Part shown: piece after piece, positions 9,920-20,431 of the stretch
How the letters are laid out: every line of letters starts with the position of its first letter
Numbering within the stretch: position 1 is the stretch's first letter
From: Nitrospirota bacterium
GTDB lineage: Bacteria; Nitrospirota; UBA9217
Direction of reading: 5' to 3'
Assembly (NCBI GenBank): GCA_963754875.1
Contig: CAVWHO010000010.1
Coordinates: 256,001-320,000, forward strand
DNA: 64,000 bases
Program-made: the position numbers and the translations under genes
Notes under the pieces: generated by a model
What the model saw: only the letters and a program-made list of their open reading frames with translations
Told to the model about the DNA's origin: nothing
Database searches by the model: none

Positions 9920-11024
9920 ATGAGACAGGAAAGCACAGCACCCAAAAAGGTGATTCGGGAGATCAGGATCAACCCTATCGTGCCGACCGAGTCGGTGCTG
10001 GTAGCAACGGCGCGCAGCATGCGCCCGAAAAAGGAAGAGCCGCCCGCGCCTCATGACGCGCGTCCGCACGTCGAGACCTGTCCTTTTTGCAGAGGCAACG
10101 AGGATAAAACGCCCTCGCCGATCGCCGTCATTCCCAAAGAAGGGGATTGGCAGATCAGGATCGTGGAGAATATGTATCCGGTCCTGGGTGACGACAGCGA
10201 GAACCCGAACTTCGCGTTCGGATTGCAGCAGGCGATCAACGGATACGGCCGGCATGAAGTCATCATCGACAATCCCTCGCACGGCATCCGGATCCATGAA
10301 ATGACCGACAGCCATCTTGCGATGCTTCTGACCGCCTACCGTAACCGGATGGAACAGCTGTATCATTCCAATGACCGGCTCAAATATGTTCTTGTGTTCA
10401 AGAACTTCGGTCCGGCCGCGGGCGCCAGCATCGGCCATACTCATAGCCAGATCATTGCCATGCCGGTCGTGCCGCGCAATGTCCAGGCGGAGGTCCGGCA
10501 TAGTACGCTCTTTTACGGAAAAACGCACCAATGCATCTTCTGCAATTTGATCGATGAGGCGCTCACCTTCGAAGCGACTCTCTACGACCGGGAATCGGGA
10601 GAACTGAGGCGCAAGATCAATGTCGGGCAGTTCGTGATCGAAAAGAGCAGGAAGTTCATCGCCGTCAAGCCGTTCGCAAGCCGGTATGAGTGGGAAGTCC
10701 ATATCCTGCCGCTTATGCATTCCGCTGATTTTCTCTCTTCAATCTGCCGACGATCTCGCGGACCTGGCCCTGCTTTTCAAAAGGACCATGGCCAGGTTGA
10801 ACGTCTTGTTGGGCGGAGTGCAGTATAATTTCTTTATCCATTCTCTGCCGCATGGAGCAGAGTACGCAGGAAGCACACCGGCCTTCCATTGGCACATCGA
10901 GATCTGCCCGAGAACAAGCATCCCGACAGGGTTCGAAATGGGATCGGGCCTGTCGGTAAATACAATCGCCCCTGAAGACGCAGCCGAGCGCCTGAGGAGC
11001 GTAACGTTGGAAAGTCAAGCGTGA
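9920..11024 (+). CDS. galT: Galactose-1-phosphate uridylyltransferase (GalT/HIT family), frameshifted near 10740
   Basis: CPFC zinc motif, GRHEVIID, FKNFGPAAGASIGHTHSQI (HxH active site); C-terminal FHWHIEICPR...GFEMGSG...PEDAAERLR is in another frame. Start uncertain (RBS-linked ATG at 9910 is out of frame). Confidence 0.88.
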
Positions 11025-11043
11025 TGCATTAAAAAAAAGTAAT

Positions 11044-11117
11044 CACCACGGAGGCACGGAGAAAAAACTTTCTTAAATTAGTCGGTTTACTCTGTGTACT
11101 CCGTGACTCTGCGGTTA
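11044..11117. repeat. Intergenic 9-nt-periodic inverted repeat (CACGGAG-type)
   Basis: caccacggaggcacggag ... ctctgtgtactccgtgactctgcggtt. Confidence 0.65.
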
Positions 11118-11175
11118 AATCTGACTCTTTACAAGATCAACAGGCTTGTGATTCTGATTGGAGGCTGATTAATCT

Positions 11176-12174
11176 ATGTCCTATCTCCTTAAACCTTTAA
11201 AAGTGCGTGCAATGAACCTGGCCAACCGGCTGGTAATGCCGCCGATGGCTACCGCAAAGGCCGAGCCTGACGGAAAAGTAAGTCAGGCGCTTCTCGACTA
11301 CTACGAAGAAAAATCCCGCGGCGGCTATATTTCGCTGATCATCATCGAGCACAGCTACATAACCCCGGAAGGGAAGGCTAGCAACAATCAGCTTTCCGTT
11401 TCCGATGACGCGGTGATCCCGGGTCTCGTCAAATTAGCGGAGGTCATTCACCGGAACGGTTCAAAAGCAGCAATGCAGATCAACCACGCTGGAAGCGCAG
11501 CTCTCAAAGAGGTCATTGGGACGACGCCCTTGGCCCCTTCGGCAACAGCGAACCCGCGGCGCGGCGACATGCCCCGCGAGATGACTCTGAATGAGATCAA
11601 CGATATGGTGATTGCCTTTAAAGATGCCGGCCGCAGGGTAAGGGATGCAGGCTTTGACGCCGTGGAAATACACTCTGCACACGGTTATCTTCTCAACCAG
11701 TTTTTGTCTCCCCTGACAAACAAGCGGACAGACGAATACGGTGGAGATATTTCCAATCGCATTCGCATTCATTTGCAGGTGATCCACGCGGTGCGCAGCG
11801 CAGTAGGGCCGGATTTTCCCATTCAGCTCCGGTTGGGGGCTTCGGATTATACAGATGGCGGAACGACAATTGAAGACAGCAAGATTGCCAGCCGGGCCTT
11901 TGAAAAGGCAGGCGTGGATGTCATCCACATTTCCGGCGGGTTTGTCGGGTATACTCCTCCCGGCCTCATTGGGCAAGGTTATTTTGCCCCCCTCAGCGAG
12001 GCCATCAAGCGCACGGTTTCCATTCCCGTGATCCTTACCGGCGGGATTATCGAAGGAGAAGCTGCAGAGAAATTCCTGACGGAGGAGAAAGCAGACCTGA
12101 TCGGCGTAGGAAGAGCCATCCTGCAAGACAGCACATGGGCGGAACGAGCAATTGAAAAACTTCGATCAAAGTAG
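11176..12174 (+). CDS. NADH:flavin oxidoreductase (Old Yellow Enzyme family)
   Basis: NRLVMPPM, QINHAG, AGFDAVEIHSAHGYLLNQFLSPLTNKRTDEYGG, ADLIGVGRA. Confidence 0.95.
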   Translation: MSYLLKPLKVRAMNLANRLVMPPMATAKAEPDGKVSQALLDYYEEKSRGGYISLIIIEHSYITPEGKASNNQLSVSDDAVIPGLVKLAEVIHRNGSKAAMQINHAGSAALKEVIGTTPLAPSATANPRRGDMPREMTLNEINDMVIAFKDAGRRVRDAGFDAVEIHSAHGYLLNQFLSPLTNKRTDEYGGDISNRIRIHLQVIHAVRSAVGPDFPIQLRLGASDYTDGGTTIEDSKIASRAFEKAGVDVIHISGGFVGYTPPGLIGQGYFAPLSEAIKRTVSIPVILTGGIIEGEAAEKFLTEEKADLIGVGRAILQDSTWAERAIEKLRSK

Positions 12175-12239
12175 AATTCAATGATCCAAGCGGCTGCATT
12201 AGTGGAACGCACATAGTTACATTAGAATGTCATCATGCC

Positions 12240-12707
12240 TTAATACCGGCTACCGCCTTGTCTTTTCCCGGTCCAAAGAGGGACGCCTTTATCATCACGG
12301 AGCCTCAAGACTTCGTCACCCTTTCTTACCTGGCCGGCAAGAAGCGCCGGACGGCCGTCGAGCAAAATTCTTACCCCTACAACTTCCACACTGTCTCCCT
12401 CGTTGATCCTGACATTCTGCAGATCAACATAAATGTGAGGACCGAGATAGACAAGCAGGGGTTCACTGTCGGTTTGGAGTTCCAAGCCGACGCCCGTCAT
12501 CTTTCCGTTCCTGGATTCGAAGTCTTTTACCGCGATGACTTGGCCACGCACGGACTCTGCCTGAGTGGGATCATAATTCCCTCGTTCCTCACCCCGTGAT
12601 CCTCCTCTTCCTCCCATGCGACCAAAACCCTGCTGTGCGGACAATGTCACTGTAACGAGAGCGACAAACGCGAATGCAACCAGACCGGCAACAACGTATC
12701 TCATCAT
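12240..12707 (-). CDS. Exported hypothetical protein with probable OB-fold domain
   Basis: Signal peptide, Gly-rich linker, then YDP...V.G.V...VYLGP..Y...EGDSVEVVG...LRLRDDKGVPLW, a conserved-looking domain. Confidence 0.65.
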   Translation of the reverse strand: MMRYVVAGLVAFAFVALVTVTLSAQQGFGRMGGRGGSRGEERGNYDPTQAESVRGQVIAVKDFESRNGKMTGVGLELQTDSEPLLVYLGPHIYVDLQNVRINEGDSVEVVGVRILLDGRPALLAGQVRKGDEVLRLRDDKGVPLWTGKRQGGSRY

Positions 12708-13111
12708 ATAATACCCTCCGCAATTATCACGCGATCAAAAGTCATGGTGGTTTCCTTAGTGTTTCTAACGGGCATATCGAACCTAACAAGATTTTAGAAA
12801 AAGCGCTGCGTGAGAAGCAAGCAAAGCGTTCCGGTTTGTCGGTTAACCGCGTGGCCATGATATTTTGATGTCTGACATATCAATGCCTTTGCGCTTGGCA
12901 AGTTTATACTCCGTCGCTCCTCGACTACATGAGAGACAGCGACTGAAACTGATTCGGGCAACGTTCTTGCGATTTGCTGCTGCAAACCTGCGTGCGCAAA
13001 AGAATGCGGCGTGGGCCGCCAACATGGTGACGCCATACTTCCAGCAATTCCACATTTCAGTATTGTCAATTTTTGTCAGCGTGTTCATCTCTATTTGTAA
13101 TCTCCTTCATA

Positions 13112-13460
13112 TTACTCATACCTGAGCGCATCGATCGGATTGAGGAGCGATGCCTTATAAGCCAGATAAAAACCAAAAAAAATCCCCATAAATCCTGAAA
13201 AACAAAAAGCCAATAGAATGGAAAGGACCGAAACCACGGTCGGCCAGCCCGAGAAACAATACTGGCAGTAATTTGTGATTCCCGGTTCAACTTAACAAAA
13301 AGTTCCATGATCTCGGCGCTCGTTTTCGTATCGAGATTGCCCGTAGGTTCGTCGGCCAGAATGATGGGCGCTTCGTTCACGAGTGCCAGGGCAATGGCCA
13401 CCCGCTGCTGCTGGCCGCCGGAAAGCTGGTTGGGATTTCACGCACCTCAATTTAGGACAT
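13112..13460 (-). pseudogene. Collapsed remnant of an ABC ATPase plus MacB permease
   Basis: Minus strand reads ATG TCC TAA ATT GAG GTG CGT GAA (M-S-stop-IEVRE), jumps to [35 protein letters not shown], then in another frame to the permease C-terminus GWPTVVS...[24 protein letters not shown]. Confidence 0.88.
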
Positions 13461-13462
13461 TG

Positions 13463-14638
13463 TTAAAACATCCTTGGCCCGGCCTGCGTTGACGGTCCTT
13501 TTTCTTTACGTAATACTTCCACGATCAACGCCTGTCCTTCACGCAGATTTCCAGACACCACTTCCGTGTAGGTCCCATCGGTGATACCCGGCGTCATTGG
13601 AGTGCGTTTGGGCCTTCCATTCTCGAGGACCCAAACAACCGGTTTTTTCACTTCTGCTGCCCCGGCAGTTCCCGCGCTTGAAGACCGTTCAGGGAACCGA
13701 AACCGCAGTGCGGCATTCGTGATTCTGAGAACATCATTACTCATTGAAACGATGATGTTTACGTTGGCAGTCATCCCAGGCATAAGTTTAAGATCACGAT
13801 TGTTGACTTGTATCACGACGTCGTAGGTGACCACGTTCTGGACGGTGATAGGGGCCTGTCGAATCTGCCAAACTTTTCCCTTGAAGGTGTTGTCAGAATA
13901 AGCATCCACTGCAAATTCAACATTTTGTCCCACTTTAACGACCCCGACATCGGACTCCGCAACATTCGTGTCGATCTGCATTTTCGTCAGATCTTCCGCA
14001 ATCGTGAACAGGGTGGGGGTCTGAAAACTGGCGGCAACGGTCTGGCCAACATCTACGTTTCTCGATATCACAATGCCATTTACGGGAGAAACGATCTTCG
14101 TGTGGTCCAGATTCGTTTTGTCGTATTCAAGCGCGGCCTTTGCCTGTTCCACAGCCGCCTTAGATACGCCTATTTGCGCCTGTGCGGACAGGTAATTGGT
14201 CTCTGCCGTGTCCAGGTCACTTTGCGCAATAAGGTGCTTTGCGAGGAGTTCTTTATTACGTTCGAACGTCCGTTTCGTGTCGATGAGAGCAGCATTCGAT
14301 TTATCAAGATTCGCCTGGGCAGCAAGCAGATTCGCCTGTGACTGCTGTACCTGAGCCTCGAACGTTGCCGGGTCGATCCGGGCAATGATCTGTCCTTTTT
14401 TGACCCGGGAGTTGAAGTCCACGTATAAAAGTTTGATTGTCCCTGACACCTGTGTGCCGACTTGAACCGTTGTGACTGCGTTGACCGTGCCTGTTGCCGT
14501 CACAGTTTGTTGGATATCGCCTTTGGATACGGGCTCCGTCCTGAATGCGGCGGCTCCGCTCTTTCGGCCCAATACAATGATGCCAATAGCGAAGATGGCC
14601 AGAATGATGGCCGAGGTGATTATTATCTTTCTTCTCAT
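13463..14638 (-). CDS. Periplasmic adaptor (MacA-like)
   Basis: [53 protein letters not shown]; start taken at MRRKIIIT. Confidence 0.93.
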   Translation of the reverse strand: MRRKIIITSAIILAIFAIGIIVLGRKSGAAAFRTEPVSKGDIQQTVTATGTVNAVTTVQVGTQVSGTIKLLYVDFNSRVKKGQIIARIDPATFEAQVQQSQANLLAAQANLDKSNAALIDTKRTFERNKELLAKHLIAQSDLDTAETNYLSAQAQIGVSKAAVEQAKAALEYDKTNLDHTKIVSPVNGIVISRNVDVGQTVAASFQTPTLFTIAEDLTKMQIDTNVAESDVGVVKVGQNVEFAVDAYSDNTFKGKVWQIRQAPITVQNVVTYDVVIQVNNRDLKLMPGMTANVNIIVSMSNDVLRITNAALRFRFPERSSSAGTAGAAEVKKPVVWVLENGRPKRTPMTPGITDGTYTEVVSGNLREGQALIVEVLRKEKGPSTQAGPRMF

Positions 14639-14648
14639 ACGTTCCTTT

Positions 14649-16040
14649 TTACCGCGCACCCATTGCCTTTTCGATGCTGGCCTGGGCGGTCTTGTAATTA
14701 GCCAGGGCTGTGGTATAGCTGGCCTGGGCCGTGACATAGGTGGCAAACGCATCGGAGACTTCGATCGGGCTTCCCACACCCGCTGCGTACCGGCCGTTCG
14801 CCAGGTCCAGGTTTTCCTTGGCCTGCTTAGAGGCTAGTTCTACAGTTGCGATGCTGGCCTCCGCTGCCTGCAGGTTAAGGTAAGCCTGCCTGACGTCGAG
14901 CAGTATCTGCTGACGTAAAGATTCTTCATTGGCTCTCAGGGTGTAGAGACTTGATTTGGCCTCTGCTACCTGCTGCTGCGTCAGGAAACCGCTGAACAGG
15001 GGAACGGTCAGCACCACCCCGGCATTCCAGCCGTGCTCCATCGAGGAGGTTGTTTCGCCTATCCAGTTGTAGTTTGCGACTCCCGATAAACTCGGGTAAT
15101 AATTTGAACGCGCGAAACTGACATTTTCATCTGCTGCCTGCCTTTTCGCGATGGTCGACTTGAGATCGGGCCTGTTTTCAAAGGCGCGCGCCGTCGCCTC
15201 CTCCAGAGTGATCGCATATTTTTGGAATGAGAGGTTGTCCTCAATCGTGTATTCGGGCGGATCAGGCGTCCCCATAGCGTTGTTCAGGGTAACCCAGGCT
15301 ATCTTGAGCGCATTCTCGGCATTGATGAGGCTGAGCTGCGCGTTGCTCAGATCGACTTCCGCCTTGATAACATCGATCTTCGCATTCGTGCCGACCGCAT
15401 AAAACCCTTTTGCCTGGTCCAGGTGGAGTTGAAACTGTTTTATGACGTCTGCGGCCACATCACGATTCCGCTTGGCCTGCAAAACACCGTAATAGGCCTG
15501 CTTCACGCTCAGAATTATCGTATCCTGCGTTGTATTCAGATCTGAGCGGGCGGACACGAGATTATACTTCGAAATATCGACTTGTGACGATGTCCTCCCG
15601 AAGTCCAGGATGTTCTGGTTGAGCGATACGCTGCCCGTGTACTGCTCGTAAGTGCTCGTTGACGTCGCAAATGACACCGGCTGGATCCTGTCGTATGCTG
15701 CCGATGCGCTCAGCTGCGGATAATAGGAGGAGCGCGCCTCGCCGACCCTGCTCCGGGAAACATCCACACCATACATCGCAGCAAGGATGCTCGGGTTTCT
15801 CCTGAGCGCTGTGTCGATGCATTCGCTCAGCGTGAGCATCGTGACGGTCGGTGCGCTTTGCACGGTCGGGGTCCCCTGGCTCGACGGCTGGACCTGTACA
15901 GTCAGAGATTGGCCTGTTGGCGTGGATTCTTCAGCGCAAAGAGGTGTTGGAATACCGGCCAGCATCAAAAGGCACATCGAGCAGGCTAGGACAATCCCGG
16001 TAAAATCGTGACGCGCCTCTGAGCTAATCTTCTCTGACAT
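14649..16040 (-). CDS. TolC family outer-membrane protein
   Basis: OEP repeats, YYPQL/YYPSL, ILDFG, RYAAGVG; start uncertain (16040 or 16070). Confidence 0.92.
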   Translation of the reverse strand: MSEKISSEARHDFTGIVLACSMCLLMLAGIPTPLCAEESTPTGQSLTVQVQPSSQGTPTVQSAPTVTMLTLSECIDTALRRNPSILAAMYGVDVSRSRVGEARSSYYPQLSASAAYDRIQPVSFATSTSTYEQYTGSVSLNQNILDFGRTSSQVDISKYNLVSARSDLNTTQDTIILSVKQAYYGVLQAKRNRDVAADVIKQFQLHLDQAKGFYAVGTNAKIDVIKAEVDLSNAQLSLINAENALKIAWVTLNNAMGTPDPPEYTIEDNLSFQKYAITLEEATARAFENRPDLKSTIAKRQAADENVSFARSNYYPSLSGVANYNWIGETTSSMEHGWNAGVVLTVPLFSGFLTQQQVAEAKSSLYTLRANEESLRQQILLDVRQAYLNLQAAEASIATVELASKQAKENLDLANGRYAAGVGSPIEVSDAFATYVTAQASYTTALANYKTAQASIEKAMGAR

Positions 16041-16589
16041 CCCTCGTCCCTTGTTTCTTCTCATATTCATATGGATCTATTCGCTCTTCCTTCAAAAACG
16101 GTCTGAAGCCTGGCCTGCAATTGATGCTCATCACCCATGAAACGTGTTACGTTGCCGTCGCTAATGGCTGTCTCGTGACAGGAAACAACGGAGTCAGTCG
16201 CAAATGAGGTTGAGTATTCTCGTGAAACATTCATTTCTGTCAAAATGCGAGTTGCGCCGGCAGTACTGCGGTTACAGGTACACATTAAATTAGAACTCCT
16301 TCTTGCGATGATTTACTGGCACAGACTTATTTCAGAGAGAAAATTCCCGGATTACCGGTATAAGCATCGTGTTTTTTGTAAGTAAGTTCGCATACTTTGA
16401 CACGGATGTTGAGAAAAGGTTTAAGCATTGCAGTCTTTTCCAGAAGAAATCAGCAAAGGTAGGAAAAATTTTCCGATAAGACTTTAATAGGGAAATTGCT
16501 GCCGCTTTGACGATTGCGAAGTGTCGAATGCCGTTTTCTAAGGGCCCGTTTTATTACGATTCTTCATGCGATGATTTCTTGCAAGCCCC

Positions 16590-16604
16590 TGGTATGGAAA
16601 TTGC
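16590..16604 (+). promoter_or_regulatory. Sigma-54 (-24/-12) promoter
   Basis: TGGTAT-GGAAA-TTGC matches TGGCAC-N5-TTGC with exact GG-N10-GC spacing, about 60 nt before the ATG at 16664. Confidence 0.7.
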
Positions 16605-16663
16605 TCGTGAGAATATCAGCGTTTTAAAGGTTGATTGCTGATTAAGGAAAGGAGGTGAACATT

Positions 16664-17029
16664 ATGTCTATACAGCCTGTCAGTAGCAGCACAAACAATC
16701 CATATGTAAGTAATCTCGCCAATGATTTCCAAACCCTTCAAAATGACGTTCAGGCTTTCGAGAACTCTCAGAGTTCAGGGAAATCGGATCAGGTCAGTCT
16801 TTCTCAAGATGCTTTAAACAAAGCAATGACCCAGGTCCAGAATGACATCGCCAGTCTCTCCCAGGGGACGCAAAGCACTCAGGGCCATCGCCACCATCAC
16901 CATCATCACGGGATGAATGCAGCAGACAGCAGCGCCAGTCCCGCAGCAACGGGCCTCTCTGCGACCGCAAGCAACAGCTATGGCCCGCAATCTCAAAACA
17001 GCGCGAGCACGATTAACCTTACCGCGTAA
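16664..17029 (+). CDS. Small Ser/Gln-rich protein with poly-His tract
   Basis: Strong RBS AAGGAGGT; MSIQPVSS start, DQVSLSQDA, HRHHHHHH, C-terminal INLTA; own promoter and terminator. Confidence 0.8.
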   Translation: MSIQPVSSSTNNPYVSNLANDFQTLQNDVQAFENSQSSGKSDQVSLSQDALNKAMTQVQNDIASLSQGTQSTQGHRHHHHHHGMNAADSSASPAATGLSATASNSYGPQSQNSASTINLTA

Positions 17030-17052
17030 TTTGCTCATGATGCAAAGCTGGA

Positions 17053-17090
17053 GGCGGAGGGGCTTTCACGGCCCTCCGCTTTGTTGTTTG
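17053..17090 (+). terminator. Intrinsic terminator
   Basis: gcggaggg...ccctccgc stem followed by tttgttgttt. Confidence 0.7.
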
Positions 17091-17236
17091 ATTCAGGTCC
17101 AGACTTTGTCGTCTTAAAAGACAAGGAAGTTATGATACAGAAAGGTGCGCACATTAAATTTAAAAAAAAACGAAAAGACACTTTTCTTATGGGGCACGAA
17201 GTAAACTGTCTTTGTTTGATACGGTGTCTGTGACAT

Positions 17237-18745
17237 TTACTCAGCATTCCACCACCCTCCGCCGAGTGCAACAAATAAAGCGGCCGTATCCTGATAACGC
17301 TGGGCCAGCGCCTGGAGATAACCGATCTTCGCCTGCTGGTACTGGCCGTCTACGACAAGGACCTGAACATAGTTAGCCGTGCCGGCCTGGTAATTCGCTT
17401 GAATCATTCGCAGCGCTTCCTCCGCCGCACTCTGCGCACGTGACTGGGCATACACTAATTCTGCGTCATGTTCCAGCGCTCGCAGGGTATCTGCAACCTG
17501 GGCAAAGGCGCTGAGAACGGTCTGCCGGTAATTTGCCGCAGAGAGCTGATAGGCATCGAGTGCGGACTGTCGTCCGAACCACAACGTTCCGCCGCGGAAC
17601 AGAGGGGCGCTGACGTTTGCACCGAGGTCCCAGAAACTGCTGTTCCCCTTAAAGAGGTTGCTCGGAGTATTGCTTCCGACGCCGTAGGAGCCGTTCAACG
17701 TAAAGCTGGGGAATAATGCCGCAGTGGCAACTCCGATTTCAGCGCTGGCACTGTGGAGCTGTGCCTCAGCCGCAAGAATATCGGGACGCTGGCGAACGAA
17801 CTTCGAGGGAAGGGATATCGGCAGCTCCGCAGGCAGCGTCAGGTCCGCCAATGCGATCTGCTGAGGAGTCCACTCCGCCGGCATGCGGCCTACCAGGGTT
17901 GCAAGCAAGTGCTCGGTCTGGCTTATTTTCTGCCGGAGCGGGGGAAGCGTTGCTTCAAGAGAAGCAAGCTGGCTCTGGAGACTAAGTACGTTCACGTACG
18001 GGACCGTACCCGCCCGGGCCTGCGCCTCGGTAAGTTTTACCTGCTCCCGTTGCAGATCTAGCAGGTGCTCCGTGGCATTGATCTGTTCCTGGTAGCCCGC
18101 CTCCGCTATCATCGCGTTCACCACGTTGCCGGACAGGGTTATATAGGTGGCCGAAATCACTGCTTGCTGAAAATCCACCTGGGCGCCGAGACTTTCTACG
18201 GCGCGGCGTTCTCCCCCGAAAATGTCGAGAGCATAGCTGACCGTAGCCGAAAGGGTGAACAGGTTAAAGATGGAGCTGGGACTCGCTCCTCCCGTGAGGG
18301 CCGGAGAGGTTTTTTGGCGAGAAGCTTCCAAGCCGGCATTCAATTGGGGATAAAACACACCATAGCCTGCGCGGAGGATGTCCTGGCTTTGGCGCAGACT
18401 GGCCTGCGCAGCCTGCAGGTTCTGGTTATTCGCGATGGCTTCTTTTACCATTGCGTCGAGCTTGGGAGAATTAAACAGCCGCCACCAGTCCGCAGCTATC
18501 TCGGCACCCTGTGTAAAGCGCTGCGCCTTGCCATCCACAGGTATCGTTGCGGTCGGCGTTGCCCCCGTGGTGTAGCCCTCAATCGACGGCGGTTTGGGAC
18601 GCTCGAAATTCGGCCCCACAGCGCAGCCGAGCATGAAGCACAGCGATACGGCGCAGATCCACTTGCGTGCCGGCATTACTGCTGTCATGCTGTTGATCTT
18701 TGCTGTTTTCGAGCTGCCTGTCGGCTTTTGTTGATATAATGGCAT
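17237..18745 (-). CDS. NodT/OprM family outer-membrane efflux lipoprotein
   Basis: Lipobox MLGC-AVGPNF, WWRLFNSPKL, RQRPDILAAEAQLH, ALGGGWW; start uncertain. Confidence 0.93.
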   Translation of the reverse strand: MPLYQQKPTGSSKTAKINSMTAVMPARKWICAVSLCFMLGCAVGPNFERPKPPSIEGYTTGATPTATIPVDGKAQRFTQGAEIAADWWRLFNSPKLDAMVKEAIANNQNLQAAQASLRQSQDILRAGYGVFYPQLNAGLEASRQKTSPALTGGASPSSIFNLFTLSATVSYALDIFGGERRAVESLGAQVDFQQAVISATYITLSGNVVNAMIAEAGYQEQINATEHLLDLQREQVKLTEAQARAGTVPYVNVLSLQSQLASLEATLPPLRQKISQTEHLLATLVGRMPAEWTPQQIALADLTLPAELPISLPSKFVRQRPDILAAEAQLHSASAEIGVATAALFPSFTLNGSYGVGSNTPSNLFKGNSSFWDLGANVSAPLFRGGTLWFGRQSALDAYQLSAANYRQTVLSAFAQVADTLRALEHDAELVYAQSRAQSAAEEALRMIQANYQAGTANYVQVLVVDGQYQQAKIGYLQALAQRYQDTAALFVALGGGWWNAE

Positions 18746-18773
18746 TGACTTATCTCTGAAAATGTTTTCGCGG

Positions 18774-19736
18774 TCACTGCTGAGTGCCGGTACTTCTTGT
18801 TTTCTGGCCCGTTTCTCCGATGTAAACATCTACCAGTTGACCGGGATAGATATCAATATTTTTCGGCCTCTCAAACCTGAATATGACCGGCAATACTCGC
18901 ACGTCGACCCTTTCAGCCCTTTGGTTCGATAACTCAATTTTGGGCGACACGTAGGGCTGTAGCCGGACATATTCCAGAGGAATGCTGATATCGGTGCCTC
19001 TGATGTGCATCGTTGCATTCATGTGCGACGTTTCGGGCAATCTATGTATAAGGATTTCGTCGATGTAACATCTGACCCCGACATATGCTTGCGATCCACC
19101 CATGACCAGAACAGGGCAGAATCCCTGCGTATAGGTGTCATAAGTGCCTTGCGCCGATATGTAGCTGCCGACTGCAGTATTGATCGACAGGATGGTGCCG
19201 TCCGCCGGCGCCCTGATGGTATACTTGGACAGCAATGTTTGCGCGAGTTCATGCTGCTTCCGCATTACTTCCACGTTTGCCCTTGCCACGTTCACGGCGT
19301 TTTGCGCGTTGTCCAGGTCGTTCTTGCTCACGGACCTCGAATCGATGTCGTATGATTGTCTTTGTTTGTCCAATTGATCCTGAGCGCTCTTGAGGCTTGC
19401 GCTCGCGAGCTCCACCTGGGCCATCTGCTGCTCGCACGTCGCCCTCTGAACCGAATCATCGATCAGGATCAGCGTGGCCCCCTTTTTGACGGCTTTCCCC
19501 TCGCTCACGAGGATGTGCGCGATCGTGCCTGGGACCTCAGGATAAATATTGATGTTCGCGCCGCTTGTTTGAAAGCTTTCAACGATCCCTTCGGCATAGA
19601 TGCCGTTTGCATAGGGATTGGAAGCCGGCTTAAACGCAGGGGGCTGGGGCTTTTTCTCAATGCCGAATATATATGCGCTCACCAGGCCGATTACCAGCCC
19701 GACAAATGCGAGAATGAATATAATCTTATTCCTCAC
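18774..19736 (-). CDS. HlyD-family periplasmic adaptor
   Basis: TM anchor, IRAPADGTIL, ERVDVRVLPVIFRF, IYPGQLVDVYI. Confidence 0.9.
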   Translation of the reverse strand: MRNKIIFILAFVGLVIGLVSAYIFGIEKKPQPPAFKPASNPYANGIYAEGIVESFQTSGANINIYPEVPGTIAHILVSEGKAVKKGATLILIDDSVQRATCEQQMAQVELASASLKSAQDQLDKQRQSYDIDSRSVSKNDLDNAQNAVNVARANVEVMRKQHELAQTLLSKYTIRAPADGTILSINTAVGSYISAQGTYDTYTQGFCPVLVMGGSQAYVGVRCYIDEILIHRLPETSHMNATMHIRGTDISIPLEYVRLQPYVSPKIELSNQRAERVDVRVLPVIFRFERPKNIDIYPGQLVDVYIGETGQKTRSTGTQQ

Positions 19737-20430
19737 GTGCTTCTCCTTTTTCGATGCCGATGACCTTCCCGTCCTCCATTTTCATTATCCTGTCCGCGTA
19801 TTCGAATATCCTGCTGTCGTGAGTAACGATGATGATGCATCGCTTCTCGTTCAGGATGTTTCTCCTGATGAAATCCACAATCTTTCTCCCGGTGTCCCCG
19901 TCCAGAGAAGCGGTCGGCTCGTCGAATATCATGATATCGGGACTGCTGGCGATGGCCCTTGCAATAGCCACCCGTTGCTGCTCCCCGCCGGAGAGTTTGA
20001 CCGGCGGGAGAGGCGCGCGACTCTTTATCCCCACGATGTCAAGACACTCCATGGCCTCATCCAAGGCTTTATTCCAGTCATGCCTTTTCAGAATAAGAGG
20101 GATGGCGACGTTTTCAACTGTTGTCAGCCTGGGGAAAAGGTGGTAATCCTGAAACACGAATCCAACCGTGTTTAATCTGAAATCAGCGAGCTCGTTGCTT
20201 GTCATGTTCCAGATATCCTTGTCCTCGACCTGCACCGAGCCCGAATTCGGCCTGAGAATTCCCGAGATAAGGCTTAACAAGGTTGTTTTACCGCTCCCAG
20301 AGGGGCCCTCAATATAAAACATTTCCCCAAGGTTAGCCTCGAAACTGATGTTGTTGACGGCAACTGTTTTTGTTTCTCCTTCTCCGAACCATTTGACCAG
20401 TTCGTAGGCCTTTACCGCAACTGTAGCCAT
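19726..20430 (-). CDS. ABC transporter ATP-binding protein (DevA-like)
   Basis: [32 protein letters not shown]. Confidence 0.95.
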   Translation of the reverse strand: MATVAVKAYELVKWFGEGETKTVAVNNISFEANLGEMFYIEGPSGSGKTTLLSLISGILRPNSGSVQVEDKDIWNMTSNELADFRLNTVGFVFQDYHLFPRLTTVENVAIPLILKRHDWNKALDEAMECLDIVGIKSRAPLPPVKLSGGEQQRVAIARAIASSPDIMIFDEPTASLDGDTGRKIVDFIRRNILNEKRCIIIVTHDSRIFEYADRIMKMEDGKVIGIEKGEAREE

Positions 20431-20431
20431 A

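Noticed and set aside
12240..12707. Magnetosome gene (MamS/MamX-like domain)
   Set aside because: Only a loose fold-level resemblance and no other mam genes nearby
12794..13125. Short overlapping ORFs downstream of the pseudogene
   Set aside because: No recognisable motifs and mutually overlapping; 12843-13088 has an RBS-like sequence but nothing else supports it
16317..16335. Additional sigma-54 sites (TGGCAC at about 16317 and 41392)
   Set aside because: The -12 TTGC element is missing at the required spacing
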